Assembly: GCA_903873585.1 (NCBI GenBank)
Contig: CAIQOV010000007.1
Span: 1,779-65,778 of the forward strand
Source: an uncultured Rhodobacterales bacterium
GTDB lineage: Bacteria; Pseudomonadota; Alphaproteobacteria; Rhodobacterales; Rhodobacteraceae
DNA: 64,000 nt
Direction: 5' to 3'
Below the pieces are notes generated by a model. The model saw only the letters and a list, made by a program, of their open reading frames with translations, had not been told where the DNA came from and searched no databases. Made by a program: the position numbers and the translations under genes. Below, one piece after another: positions 37,453-45,595 of this stretch (within the stretch, counting starts at the first letter, position 1; each line of letters starts with the position of its first letter).

Positions 37453-38186
37453 GGGCGCTCCTTCACAAGGGCGATGGCGCGGGATTGGACAGGGCAAGGA
37501 TACCGCGACCCAAGGCCGATGATCCAGCCCGAAAGACGAACAGCCCCAAATGGAGCCTGTGCAATCCTCGCCCCGATGCCGATGGCATCCAGCGCGCCGG
37601 AGAGCTTGTCACATTCCTGACCGAACCGCGCTATGGCCGTGGCGGCGCTCTGGACAAAGCCAAGGGCCACCATCAGCGCACGTTCGTCTGACAAGCGGGC
37701 GGCCTAGGGCTTGTGCGCTGCCTCGCAAGGCGATGGCGCGGGATAGAACAGGGCAAGGGCATTCCGACCCAAGCTCGATGACCCCGCCCGAAAGACGAAC
37801 GGCCCCAAATGGAACCCATGCAAATCTTCACCCCCATTGCTCATGGCGCGCTGCGCGCCGGAGAACTTGTCACATTCCGGACCGAACCGCGCTATGGCCG
37901 TGGCGGCGCTCTGGGCAAAGCCAAGGGCCACCATCAGCGCACGTTCGTCTGACAAGCGGGCGGCCTAGGGTTTGTGCGCTGCTTCACAAGGACGATGGCG
38001 CGCGATAGGACAGGGCAGGTGCATTCCGACCCAAGCCCGATGATCCAGCCCGAAAGGCGAACAGCCCCAAATGGAACCCATGCAAATCCTAGCCCCCGAT
38101 GCCGATGGCATCCAGCGCGCCGTGGCTTTGCTGCGCGGTGGCCTGCTTGTCGCCTTCCCGACCGAAACGGTTTACGGGCTTGGCGG
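37379..38186. repeat. Threefold tandem repeat (260, 261 and 280 bp units) of the divergent acd/sua5 junction; the inner gene halves are degenerate
   Basis: TGGCGG at 37380/37640/37901/38181, GTCTGACA at 37426/37686/37947, CCCCAAATGGA with ATG at 37550/37809/38071. Confidence 0.92.
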
Positions 38187-39012
38187 TGATGCCATGTCTG
38201 ATCTGGCGGTGGCGCGGATTTATGCGGCCAAGGGGCGGCCACGGTTCAACCCGCTGATCGCCCATGTGTCAGACATGGCGATGGCGCGGCGATTGGCCGT
38301 GTTTGACGACAAGGCCGAGGCGCTTGCGGCGCGGTTCTGGCCCGGCCCGCTGACCTTGGTGTTGCCGCTGCGTATGGATGCGGGCCTGTCGCCCTATGTC
38401 ACCGCAGAACTGCCCACTGTCGCAATCCGCCTGCCCGCCCATCCCGTAGCGCGTGCCCTGATTGCGGCGTTCGGCGGGCCATTGGCTGCCCCTTCGGCCA
38501 ACCCTTCGGGGCGGGTGTCACCGACAAGGGCGGATCATGTGGTGGACGGATTGCAGGGCCGCATTGCCGCGGTGATTGACGGGGGGGCCTGTGAAGTGGG
38601 GGTTGAATCGACCATCCTTGGGCTGTTTGCGCGCACCGAATTGCTGCGCCCCGGTGGTGTAACGGTGGAAGCGATCGAGGCTCTGACGGGGCCTTTGGCA
38701 ATCGGCGGCGATACAGCGCGCCCCAATGCGCCGGGCCAGTTGGCCAGCCACTACGCCCCGAATGCTCCGGTGCGGTTGAAGGCGGTGGACACGCGCGCAG
38801 GCGAAGTGCGCATCGGCTTTGGAGATGGGCCTTGTGATCTGAACCTGTCGCCCAAAGCCGACCTGATCGAAGCCGCCGCCAACCTGTTTCACCTGTTGCG
38901 CGCCGCCGATGCCTTGTCCCAAGGCCGCCCCATCGCCATCGCCCCCATCCCCGACACGGGCCTTGGCCGTGCCATCAACGACCGCTTGCGCCGCGCCGCC
39001 GCCCCTCGTTAA
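38071..39012 (+). CDS. sua5: L-threonylcarbamoyladenylate synthase, Sua5 type
   Basis: VAFPTETVYGLG, KGRPRFNPLIAH, FWPGPLT, AAPSANPSG, GVESTI, APGQLASHYAP. Confidence 0.96.
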   Translation: MEPMQILAPDADGIQRAVALLRGGLLVAFPTETVYGLGGDAMSDLAVARIYAAKGRPRFNPLIAHVSDMAMARRLAVFDDKAEALAARFWPGPLTLVLPLRMDAGLSPYVTAELPTVAIRLPAHPVARALIAAFGGPLAAPSANPSGRVSPTRADHVVDGLQGRIAAVIDGGACEVGVESTILGLFARTELLRPGGVTVEAIEALTGPLAIGGDTARPNAPGQLASHYAPNAPVRLKAVDTRAGEVRIGFGDGPCDLNLSPKADLIEAAANLFHLLRAADALSQGRPIAIAPIPDTGLGRAINDRLRRAAAPR

Positions 39013-39103
39013 TGCCGCTGGGCGACCTGTTGCGTCGCGGGCAGACCTGTGCGCGGTGTGACTTGGCCCTATCTACTCCCAGAACTGATACAGGAATGCG
39101 CGA

Positions 39104-41134
39104 ATGGCCTATCTTTTGGGTGTGGATACCGGCGGCACCTACACCGATGCCGTGATCTTGGATGAAGCGGCCGATGCCGTGATCGGCAAGGCCAAATCGC
39201 TGACCACCCGCGCCGATCTGGCCTTGGGCATTGGCCGCGCTGTCGATGCGGCTTTGGCGGGGGCGGGGGTGCAGCCTGCGCAAATCGCCATGGTGTCGCT
39301 TTCGACCACCTTGGCCACCAATGCGCTGGTCGAAGGGCAGGGGGGCCGTGTGGCGCTGATTTTCATCGGCTTTGACGCCGATGATCTGGAACGCGGCGGC
39401 TTGGTTGAGGCGCTTAAGGGCGACCCTGTTGTGCGGCTGGCGGGGGGGCATAACCACGCGGGCGGTCAGGCGCAGGCGTTGGATATGGCGGCTTTGGAAC
39501 AGGCCGTGCGCGAACTGTCAGGCGATGTGATGGGCTTTGCCGTGGCTTCGCGCTTTGCCACCCGCAACCCTGCGCATGAAGTGGCTGCACGCGATTTGAT
39601 CCGGCGGGTGTCGGGGCGGCCTGTGACCTGTTCGCACGAGTTATCCGCCAAGCTGAACGGGCCAAAGCGCGCCTTGACGGCGGTGTTGAATGCACGGCTG
39701 ATCGGGATGATCGACCGGCTGGTTGCGGCCTGCGAGCGGCATTTGGAAGCTGTGGGTATCACCGCGCCCTTGATGGTGGTGCGCGGCGATGGGGCGCTGA
39801 TCTCGGCCGCGATGGTGCGCGAACGGCCGATTGAAACGATCCTGTCCGGCCCTGCCGCCAGCATCGTGGGGGCACGTTGGCTGACGGGGGCAAGCGATGC
39901 CTTGGTCAGCGATATTGGCGGCACGACCACCGATGTCGCCCTGCTGCGCAATGGCTTGCCCGAGATTGACCCCGAAGGGGCCCGCGTTGGCGGTTTGCGC
40001 ACGATGGTCGAGGCGGTCGCGATGCGCACATCGGGCCTTGGTGGCGACAGTGAAGTGCATGTGCTGGCCACGGGGCTAACGGGCGGGCTGCGCCTTGGCC
40101 CGCGCCGGTTGATACCGGTGTCGTTGCTGGCGGTGGACCATGGGCCAATGGTGCATGCAGCCCTTGATCGGTGGCTGTCATCAGATACGGCGGGCGAGTT
40201 TGACGGGCGCTTTGTGATCCCGATGCAGGGCCAAACTGGCGGGTTGACAGCGCGTGAGGCGACGGTGCTGGAACGTGTGACCAAGCCGATGCCGCTGTCA
40301 CTGGCGCTGACATCGCGCCTTGAAGTGGCGGCGATGGAGCGCTTGGTGGCGCGCGGCTTGGTGATGATTTCGGGCGTCACCCCATCGGATGCCAGCCATG
40401 TTCTGGGGCGGTTGGAGGCTTGGGATGGCACAGCCTCGGTCAAGGCGCTGAAGCTGCTGGCCAAGCGGCGCAACGGGTCGGGCGACCGGATTGCCCTTGA
40501 CGGTGCGGTGCTGGCACAGGCGGTGATTGACCAGTTGACGGCACAGACGGTGGAATGCCTGCTGGAAGCGGCCTTTGATGAAGACGGCGGCTTTGACGAA
40601 CAGGCCGAGACGCTGGCCCGCCACCCGCTGACCACGGCAGGGCTAAACCGCCACCGCGGTGTGGTGGAAGTGACCCTGCGCCTTGGCGTGCCGGTGATCG
40701 GCCTTGGCGCATCCGCCCCCAGCTACTACGGCGCGGTGGGCGAGCGGTTGGGGTGCAAGATGATCTTGCCCGAACACGCCGGTGTCGCCAACGCCATCGG
40801 CGCAGTCGTGGGCCAAGTCAGCCAACGCGCCCAAGGCTTGGTCAGCAGCCCCGGAGAGGGGCGCTTTACGGCCCACCTGCCCGAGGGGTTGCAAACCTTC
40901 AACACCCGCGATCTGGCACTTGATACGCTGCAAGCAGCCCTTGTCGCCGAAGCCACCGCACGCGCCCAAGCCGCAGGTGCCGCCGACCTGCGCGTGACAA
41001 CCACCCGCGACATCCGCGAAGCGCAGGTAGAGGGCAACCCGATGTTCATCGAAGCCACAGTGACAGTAACGGCATCTGGCAGGCCAAGGGTGGCGCACGA
41101 AACCCGCGCCGAGGATACTACGATTTCGCCTTGA
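39104..41134 (+). CDS. Hydantoinase A/oxoprolinase family protein
   Basis: GVDTGGTYTD, STTLATNAL, ETILSGPAAS, DIGGTTTD, GLGGDS, ANAIGA. Confidence 0.88.
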   Translation: MAYLLGVDTGGTYTDAVILDEAADAVIGKAKSLTTRADLALGIGRAVDAALAGAGVQPAQIAMVSLSTTLATNALVEGQGGRVALIFIGFDADDLERGGLVEALKGDPVVRLAGGHNHAGGQAQALDMAALEQAVRELSGDVMGFAVASRFATRNPAHEVAARDLIRRVSGRPVTCSHELSAKLNGPKRALTAVLNARLIGMIDRLVAACERHLEAVGITAPLMVVRGDGALISAAMVRERPIETILSGPAASIVGARWLTGASDALVSDIGGTTTDVALLRNGLPEIDPEGARVGGLRTMVEAVAMRTSGLGGDSEVHVLATGLTGGLRLGPRRLIPVSLLAVDHGPMVHAALDRWLSSDTAGEFDGRFVIPMQGQTGGLTAREATVLERVTKPMPLSLALTSRLEVAAMERLVARGLVMISGVTPSDASHVLGRLEAWDGTASVKALKLLAKRRNGSGDRIALDGAVLAQAVIDQLTAQTVECLLEAAFDEDGGFDEQAETLARHPLTTAGLNRHRGVVEVTLRLGVPVIGLGASAPSYYGAVGERLGCKMILPEHAGVANAIGAVVGQVSQRAQGLVSSPGEGRFTAHLPEGLQTFNTRDLALDTLQAALVAEATARAQAAGAADLRVTTTRDIREAQVEGNPMFIEATVTVTASGRPRVAHETRAEDTTISP

Positions 41135-41159
41135 CGCCTAAGGCGCGGTCCAGTACCTC
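41131..41159 (+). promoter_or_regulatory. Probable sigma70 promoter of the tRNA
   Basis: TTGACG-17 nt-TACCTC ending 10 nt upstream of tRNA G1; the -35 overlaps the stop codon of the upstream gene. Confidence 0.45.
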
Positions 41160-41169
41160 GACGCGCAGT

Positions 41170-41246
41170 GGCTAGGTAGCTCAGTTGGTTAGAGCATGCG
41201 ACTCATAATCGCAGGGTCGGGGGTTCGAGTCCCCCCCTCGCCACCA
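41170..41246 (+). tRNA. tRNA-Met (CAT), elongator type, encoded CCA; U4-C69 acceptor-stem mismatch
   Basis: GGCTAGG TA GCTC AGTTGGTTA GAGC A TGCGA CTCATAA TCGCA GGGTC GGGGG TTCGAGT CCCCC CCTCGCC A CCA; G1-C72 is paired, so it is not the initiator. Confidence 0.93.
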
Positions 41247-41391
41247 ATTTCACATCCGAAATGGTCTGGTCACAATAACCCTGTGATGGATCGGAGTGTT
41301 CGCGGCTGATTTGCGCGACACACTTCTGCCCAATATCGTGTGATGCCCCACTTTTGGGGAGCCGTTGGGGGCAACAGCCATACTCCAAAAA

Positions 41392-41610
41392 GTGGCACCC
41401 CAGAAGCCTTTGACCGATGCTGGGATTCGAGGTTTGAAGCCAAGAGCGAAGCCCTACGAGGTTTTCGACTTTGTCGCCTTGTTCCTGACGGTCAAGCCGA
41501 CCGGCTTAAAACGATGGCATTTAACGGGCCGGAAGAACGGGAGCGATAAGCTTTTTTCGATCAGCGTTTGTCTAAAAACCTCCTCGTCCTTTGCCCCCAA
41601 TCAAGAATGA
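41392..41610 (+). pseudogene. Remnant of a P4-type tyrosine integrase (arm-DNA-binding N-terminal domain only)
   Basis: PLTDAGIRGLKPRAKPYEVFD...LFLTVKPTGLKRWHL matches the pattern PLTD.AIR..KP..KPY...D..GL.L.V.P.G.K.W; no catalytic domain follows; 145 nt after the tRNA. Confidence 0.75.
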
Positions 41611-41856
41611 CAAACGCAGCGCCTTGCTGGGGCGCTGGCGCGGGGCATGGGTTACACCTTTTTGCGCCCCCTATGTCCTTCAAGACCTGCCCCCCGCCGG
41701 ATGGGCGTCTTACAGACTGTCAGCCGGTGCGCGGGGCGAAGGGGGCTTTGGGCGCTGAACTATCAAGGGCCAAGGGTGAAGTCATGGCTGCAAATCGGCG
41801 TCGTTTGTGCTTTATGGGGGGCAGGGCCAGCATTTGCAGCGGCCGAGGGGGTGGGA

Positions 41857-42888
41857 ATGGACGAACTTGAAAAGGCGCTGGTCCTGAGCGTGCCAGAGCC
41901 TCGCACGTTAGAGCTGATTTTCTCGGCGGCGAACCTTGCCAAACTGCGTGCCACATATGATGTGGTTGAAACGACTTCCGATCATTTGGCCTCTTTGGGC
42001 GACGATCTGCTGGGGCGGGTGCGCTACATCATCGGCCAACCGCCGCTTTCGGCCGAAACTTTGGGCCGTTTGCGCAATTTGAAAGCCGTGCTGAATGTTG
42101 AAAGCAACCTGCTCAATAACATGCCTTATGATCAGGTGTTTGCGCGCGGCATTTATGTGCTGACAACGGGCCAAGTTTTCGCGGAACCTGTGGCCGAAAT
42201 GGGGCTGGCGATGGCGCTGAACCTTGCGCGGGGGATCGTTGACGCCGATCTGGCCTTTCGCAACGGGGCAGAACTGTGGGGCGGTGATGGCAATGGCAGT
42301 GCCCGTTTGCTGACCGGATCAGACATCGGGATCGTTGGCTTTGGCGATCTGGGCAAAGCGCTGCACCGCGTGCTGTCGGGGTTTCGCGCGAAGATCAAGG
42401 TTTATGATCCGTGGTTGCCCGAAAGCATTTTGAAAGACGCGGGCGTGCAACCGGCCAGTCTTGAAAGCGTCATGGCGCAAAGTGATTTCGTTTTTGTGGT
42501 GGCGGCTGTTACCAGTGAAAACAAGGGGTTTCTTGGCGCGCAAGGGTTCGCGGCGATGCGCAAAGGGGCGGCTTTTATCTTGTTAAGCCGTGCGGATGTG
42601 GTGGATTTTGATGCGCTGATGGCGGCGGTGAAAAGCGGCCATATCGTGGCGGCCTCTGATGTTTTCCCGCAAGAACCTTTGGCCGCTGACCATCCGATCC
42701 GCACGCTGTCCGGCTTCTTACGCTCGGCCCACCGTGCCGGAGCCTTGGATGTGGCGTTCAAGAAGATGGGCGAGATGGTGCTGGACGATATGGCGTTTAT
42801 GGAACGCGGCCTGCCCCCGATGCGCCTAAAACGGGCAGAGCGTGAGACGGTCAGCCGGATGCGGTCTAAGCCGGTCGACAAGAATTAA
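41857..42888 (+). CDS. D-isomer-specific 2-hydroxyacid dehydrogenase family
   Basis: VGFGDLG (GxGxxG), SRADVVD, DVFPQEP, SAHRAG. Confidence 0.85.
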   Translation: MDELEKALVLSVPEPRTLELIFSAANLAKLRATYDVVETTSDHLASLGDDLLGRVRYIIGQPPLSAETLGRLRNLKAVLNVESNLLNNMPYDQVFARGIYVLTTGQVFAEPVAEMGLAMALNLARGIVDADLAFRNGAELWGGDGNGSARLLTGSDIGIVGFGDLGKALHRVLSGFRAKIKVYDPWLPESILKDAGVQPASLESVMAQSDFVFVVAAVTSENKGFLGAQGFAAMRKGAAFILLSRADVVDFDALMAAVKSGHIVAASDVFPQEPLAADHPIRTLSGFLRSAHRAGALDVAFKKMGEMVLDDMAFMERGLPPMRLKRAERETVSRMRSKPVDKN

Positions 42889-42909
42889 GCGCACCGCTGT
42901 CGGGGTGCC

Positions 42910-43767
42910 TTAGTGCCCCGACACATGGCGTGCTGCGGCGGCAGAGGCGGCGCGGCAGGCTTGTTCAAGGGGCGCTGTGTTGGCAATTTGTGCTGCCAGC
43001 GCCCCGATGAACGCATCGCCCGCGCCGTGGCTGCTGACGACCTGCACCTTTTGGGCAGGAATTTGCAGGCCTTCGTCATGGGCACCCCATGCGGCTAAGC
43101 CTATGCTGCCAGCCGTCACGATCACGGTTTCGAACTGGTCCGCCAGACGTTTGGCAGCCTCGGCGGCGCTGGGCAGGCTACAGACGGGTTGGGTGCCCAT
43201 CATCTCGGCCTCGACCGCGTTCACGACCAGAATATCAACAAGGCGGCAAAACTCGGCCCCCAAGGGCCGCCACGGGGCGGCGTTGAGCACGGTTTTCACA
43301 CCGCGCTTGCGCGCTTCGCGCGCTGCGGCAAGGTTTGTCGCCTCGGTCACTTCGTTTTGCAAGATCAGCACGCTGACACCGGCCCAGACGGCATCGTGGG
43401 CCAAAGCCGTGGCGGCAATGTGCAGGTTTGCGCCCGAAACTATGGTCGCGGCATAATCGCCCGCGGCATCTTGGATTGCCACGCTCATCCCTGACCCAAC
43501 ATCTGGCACGGTGGCGATGAAGCGATCATCAACGCCGCCCTTTAGCAGGTTTGCCCGCAGGAAACTGCCAAAGTCGTCGTTGCCCACGGCCCCGACCATC
43601 CGGCTTTCGATGCCTGCTTTGGCGGCTGAAACGGCCTGATTGCCCCCCTTGCCACCGAATTTTGGAAACCAGCGGCTGCCAATCGCCGTTTCATCTTTGC
43701 GGGGCAAATGGTCGGCGTCGACCATGATGTCATAATGCAGGCTTCCGACGGTGAGAACGATGGGCAT
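42910..43767 (-). CDS. PfkB/ribokinase-family carbohydrate kinase
   Basis: FGGKGGNQA, GAVGNDDFG, LQNE, LNAAP, GAGDAFIG. Confidence 0.9.
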   Translation of the reverse strand: MPIVLTVGSLHYDIMVDADHLPRKDETAIGSRWFPKFGGKGGNQAVSAAKAGIESRMVGAVGNDDFGSFLRANLLKGGVDDRFIATVPDVGSGMSVAIQDAAGDYAATIVSGANLHIAATALAHDAVWAGVSVLILQNEVTEATNLAAAREARKRGVKTVLNAAPWRPLGAEFCRLVDILVVNAVEAEMMGTQPVCSLPSAAEAAKRLADQFETVIVTAGSIGLAAWGAHDEGLQIPAQKVQVVSSHGAGDAFIGALAAQIANTAPLEQACRAASAAAARHVSGH

Positions 43768-43774
43768 GGTGAAT

Positions 43775-44629
43775 TTACAATCTGCGTTTGGATTGAACCG
43801 CGCGCATGGTGCGGTTCAGGTTGGCATCTGCGGCTTTGCGGTCACGCTGGGCGACGGCGACGAACAGGGCATCGAGCAGGTTCAGTTGGGCGATGCGGGC
43901 GGTCGCGTTCTCTCCAAGCAGGGGTGAGTTTTGGGCGGTGGAACACAGCACCACATCCACCAGTTTGGCCAAGGGGCTTTGCGGATAGTTGGTCACAGCA
44001 ATTGTGCGCGCGCCGTTGCGGCGGGCCATCTCTGCCGCTTCCAGCACGGCTGCGGTAGAGCCAGAGTGCGAAAAGGCAATCGCCACATCGTCGGGGCCAA
44101 GCAGGGCCGCCGACATCATCATCATATGCGCATCATCAAAGACTGACGTGCGAATGCCGATGCGCAGGAACTTGTGGCTGACATCGCGCGCAATCTGGGC
44201 AGAGCCGCCAAAGCCATAAAAGTCGCGCTGTTTGGCGCGGGCAAGGTAGTCTGCGGCGCGGTCGAAGGCTTCCAGATCCAGAATGGCAAAGGTTTCTTCC
44301 AGCGCCTGCATGGCGGTGCGAAACACTTTCTGCACGATTTCGCCCGCCGTATCATCCTCGCCGATCTCGGCGTGCAGGCCTGCGGTGTCTGAGCGGTAAT
44401 AGTCGACCAGCCCTTGGCGGAAATCGCGAAAGCCTTCAAAGCCCAGTTTTTTGGCAACTTTCACGACCATTGCTTCGGACACCGCCGATTTCAGGGCGAT
44501 TTCGCGCAGGGGCGTTGCCTCGTCTATGTCTTTGCGGGCAAGAATTTCGGCGGCCACCTTGCCCTCTAGCGGGGTGAGGCTTGGCAACCTCATGCGTATT
44601 TGCGCGCCAACAGCCCTTGGATCACCCAT
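43775..44629 (-). CDS. RpiR/MurR-family regulator, AlsR-like
   Basis: HTH VSEAMVVKVAKKLGFEGF and SIS domain HKFLRIG, DAHMMMMSA, FSHSG, PLLGENATARIAQL. Confidence 0.9.
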   Translation of the reverse strand: MGDPRAVGAQIRMRLPSLTPLEGKVAAEILARKDIDEATPLREIALKSAVSEAMVVKVAKKLGFEGFRDFRQGLVDYYRSDTAGLHAEIGEDDTAGEIVQKVFRTAMQALEETFAILDLEAFDRAADYLARAKQRDFYGFGGSAQIARDVSHKFLRIGIRTSVFDDAHMMMMSAALLGPDDVAIAFSHSGSTAAVLEAAEMARRNGARTIAVTNYPQSPLAKLVDVVLCSTAQNSPLLGENATARIAQLNLLDALFVAVAQRDRKAADANLNRTMRAVQSKRRL

Positions 44630-44631
44630 GC

Positions 44632-45588
44632 TTACCCCTGCTTTCCACCACCCACGCCCGATGCGAACTTGTCGATCAGCATCGCAACAATGATGATGAT
44701 ACCCGTGGCAAGCAGTTGATAGAAGGCCTGTACGTTAAGAAGTGTTAATCCGTTGCGCAATGTGCCCAGAATGATGCACCCGATCAGCGTGCCGGGAATT
44801 GACCCGCGCCCCCCCATCAGCGATGCCCCCCCGATGGCCGAGGCGGCGATGGCGTCAAGTTCCCACAGGGTGCCCATGGTGGGTTCGGCAGCACCTAAGC
44901 GACCAATCAGGATCATCGCGGCGACGGCGGCCATGAAGCCTGAAATCATATAGGCGGCCAGTTTGGTCAGCACCACCGGCACACCCGCAATGCGCGCGGC
45001 TTCAGGGTTGCCGCCGATGGCCATGAAATACTCGCCCAAGGGGGTTTTGTTCAGGATCACCCAAGCCACCACCGCTAGGGATGCGACGATAATGACGGGG
45101 GTGGGCACATCAAGGAAGGTGCCGTTGGTCAGGGCGCGAAACCCATCGGGCAAGCCAAAGATCGGTTGGCCGCCGGTGTAAATCAGCGCCAAAGCCCGAT
45201 AAAGCGACAAGCCGCCGAGTGTCACGATAAAAGGCTGCAACCCGCCCCAAGCGATCAGCGCGCCATTCACAAAGCCGCAAACCACCCCCGCGGCCAGCGC
45301 GCCAAAGATGGCCAGCGGTATCGGCACGCCTGCCACCAGCATGGCCGCGCCCAAAATTGCGGTCAATGCGGCTACCGGCCCCACCGACAGGTCAATCCCG
45401 CCCGAGATGATCACCAAAGTCATCCCAAGGGCGATGCAGGCGTTGATCGAGGATTGCTGCAAAATGTTCAGCAGGTTCGGCGCGGTCAGGAACACCGGCG
45501 ACATTAAGGCGAAGACGATCGAGATCAAGATCAGCCCGATCAAGGTTCCCGCATCGCGGAATTTGATGCTTTTGAAATAGGTGCGCAT
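44632..45588 (-). CDS. Monosaccharide ABC transporter permease (RbsC/AlsC type)
   Basis: GMTLVIISGGIDLSVG, QPFIVTLG, GGNPEAARIAG, ELDAIAASAIGGASLMGGRG. Confidence 0.93.
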   Translation of the reverse strand: MRTYFKSIKFRDAGTLIGLILISIVFALMSPVFLTAPNLLNILQQSSINACIALGMTLVIISGGIDLSVGPVAALTAILGAAMLVAGVPIPLAIFGALAAGVVCGFVNGALIAWGGLQPFIVTLGGLSLYRALALIYTGGQPIFGLPDGFRALTNGTFLDVPTPVIIVASLAVVAWVILNKTPLGEYFMAIGGNPEAARIAGVPVVLTKLAAYMISGFMAAVAAMILIGRLGAAEPTMGTLWELDAIAASAIGGASLMGGRGSIPGTLIGCIILGTLRNGLTLLNVQAFYQLLATGIIIIVAMLIDKFASGVGGGKQG

Positions 45589-45595
45589 GGGATCC

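Noticed and set aside
37550-38008. 152-aa plus-strand ORF with an internal repeat
   Set aside because: It is a frameshifted read-through of the degenerate sua5 copies; no independent evidence of a gene
37379-38186. CRISPR array or mobile element reading of the ~260-bp repeats
   Set aside because: The units are far too long, have no unique spacers or cas genes, and derive fully from the flanking acd and sua5 5' ends
39466-40635. Long antisense ORFs (also 1538-2548, 3273-4586, 20552-21616, 60138-61463 and similar)
   Set aside because: They are shadow frames of well-supported genes in GC-rich DNA, with low-complexity Ser/Ala/Arg translations and no motifs
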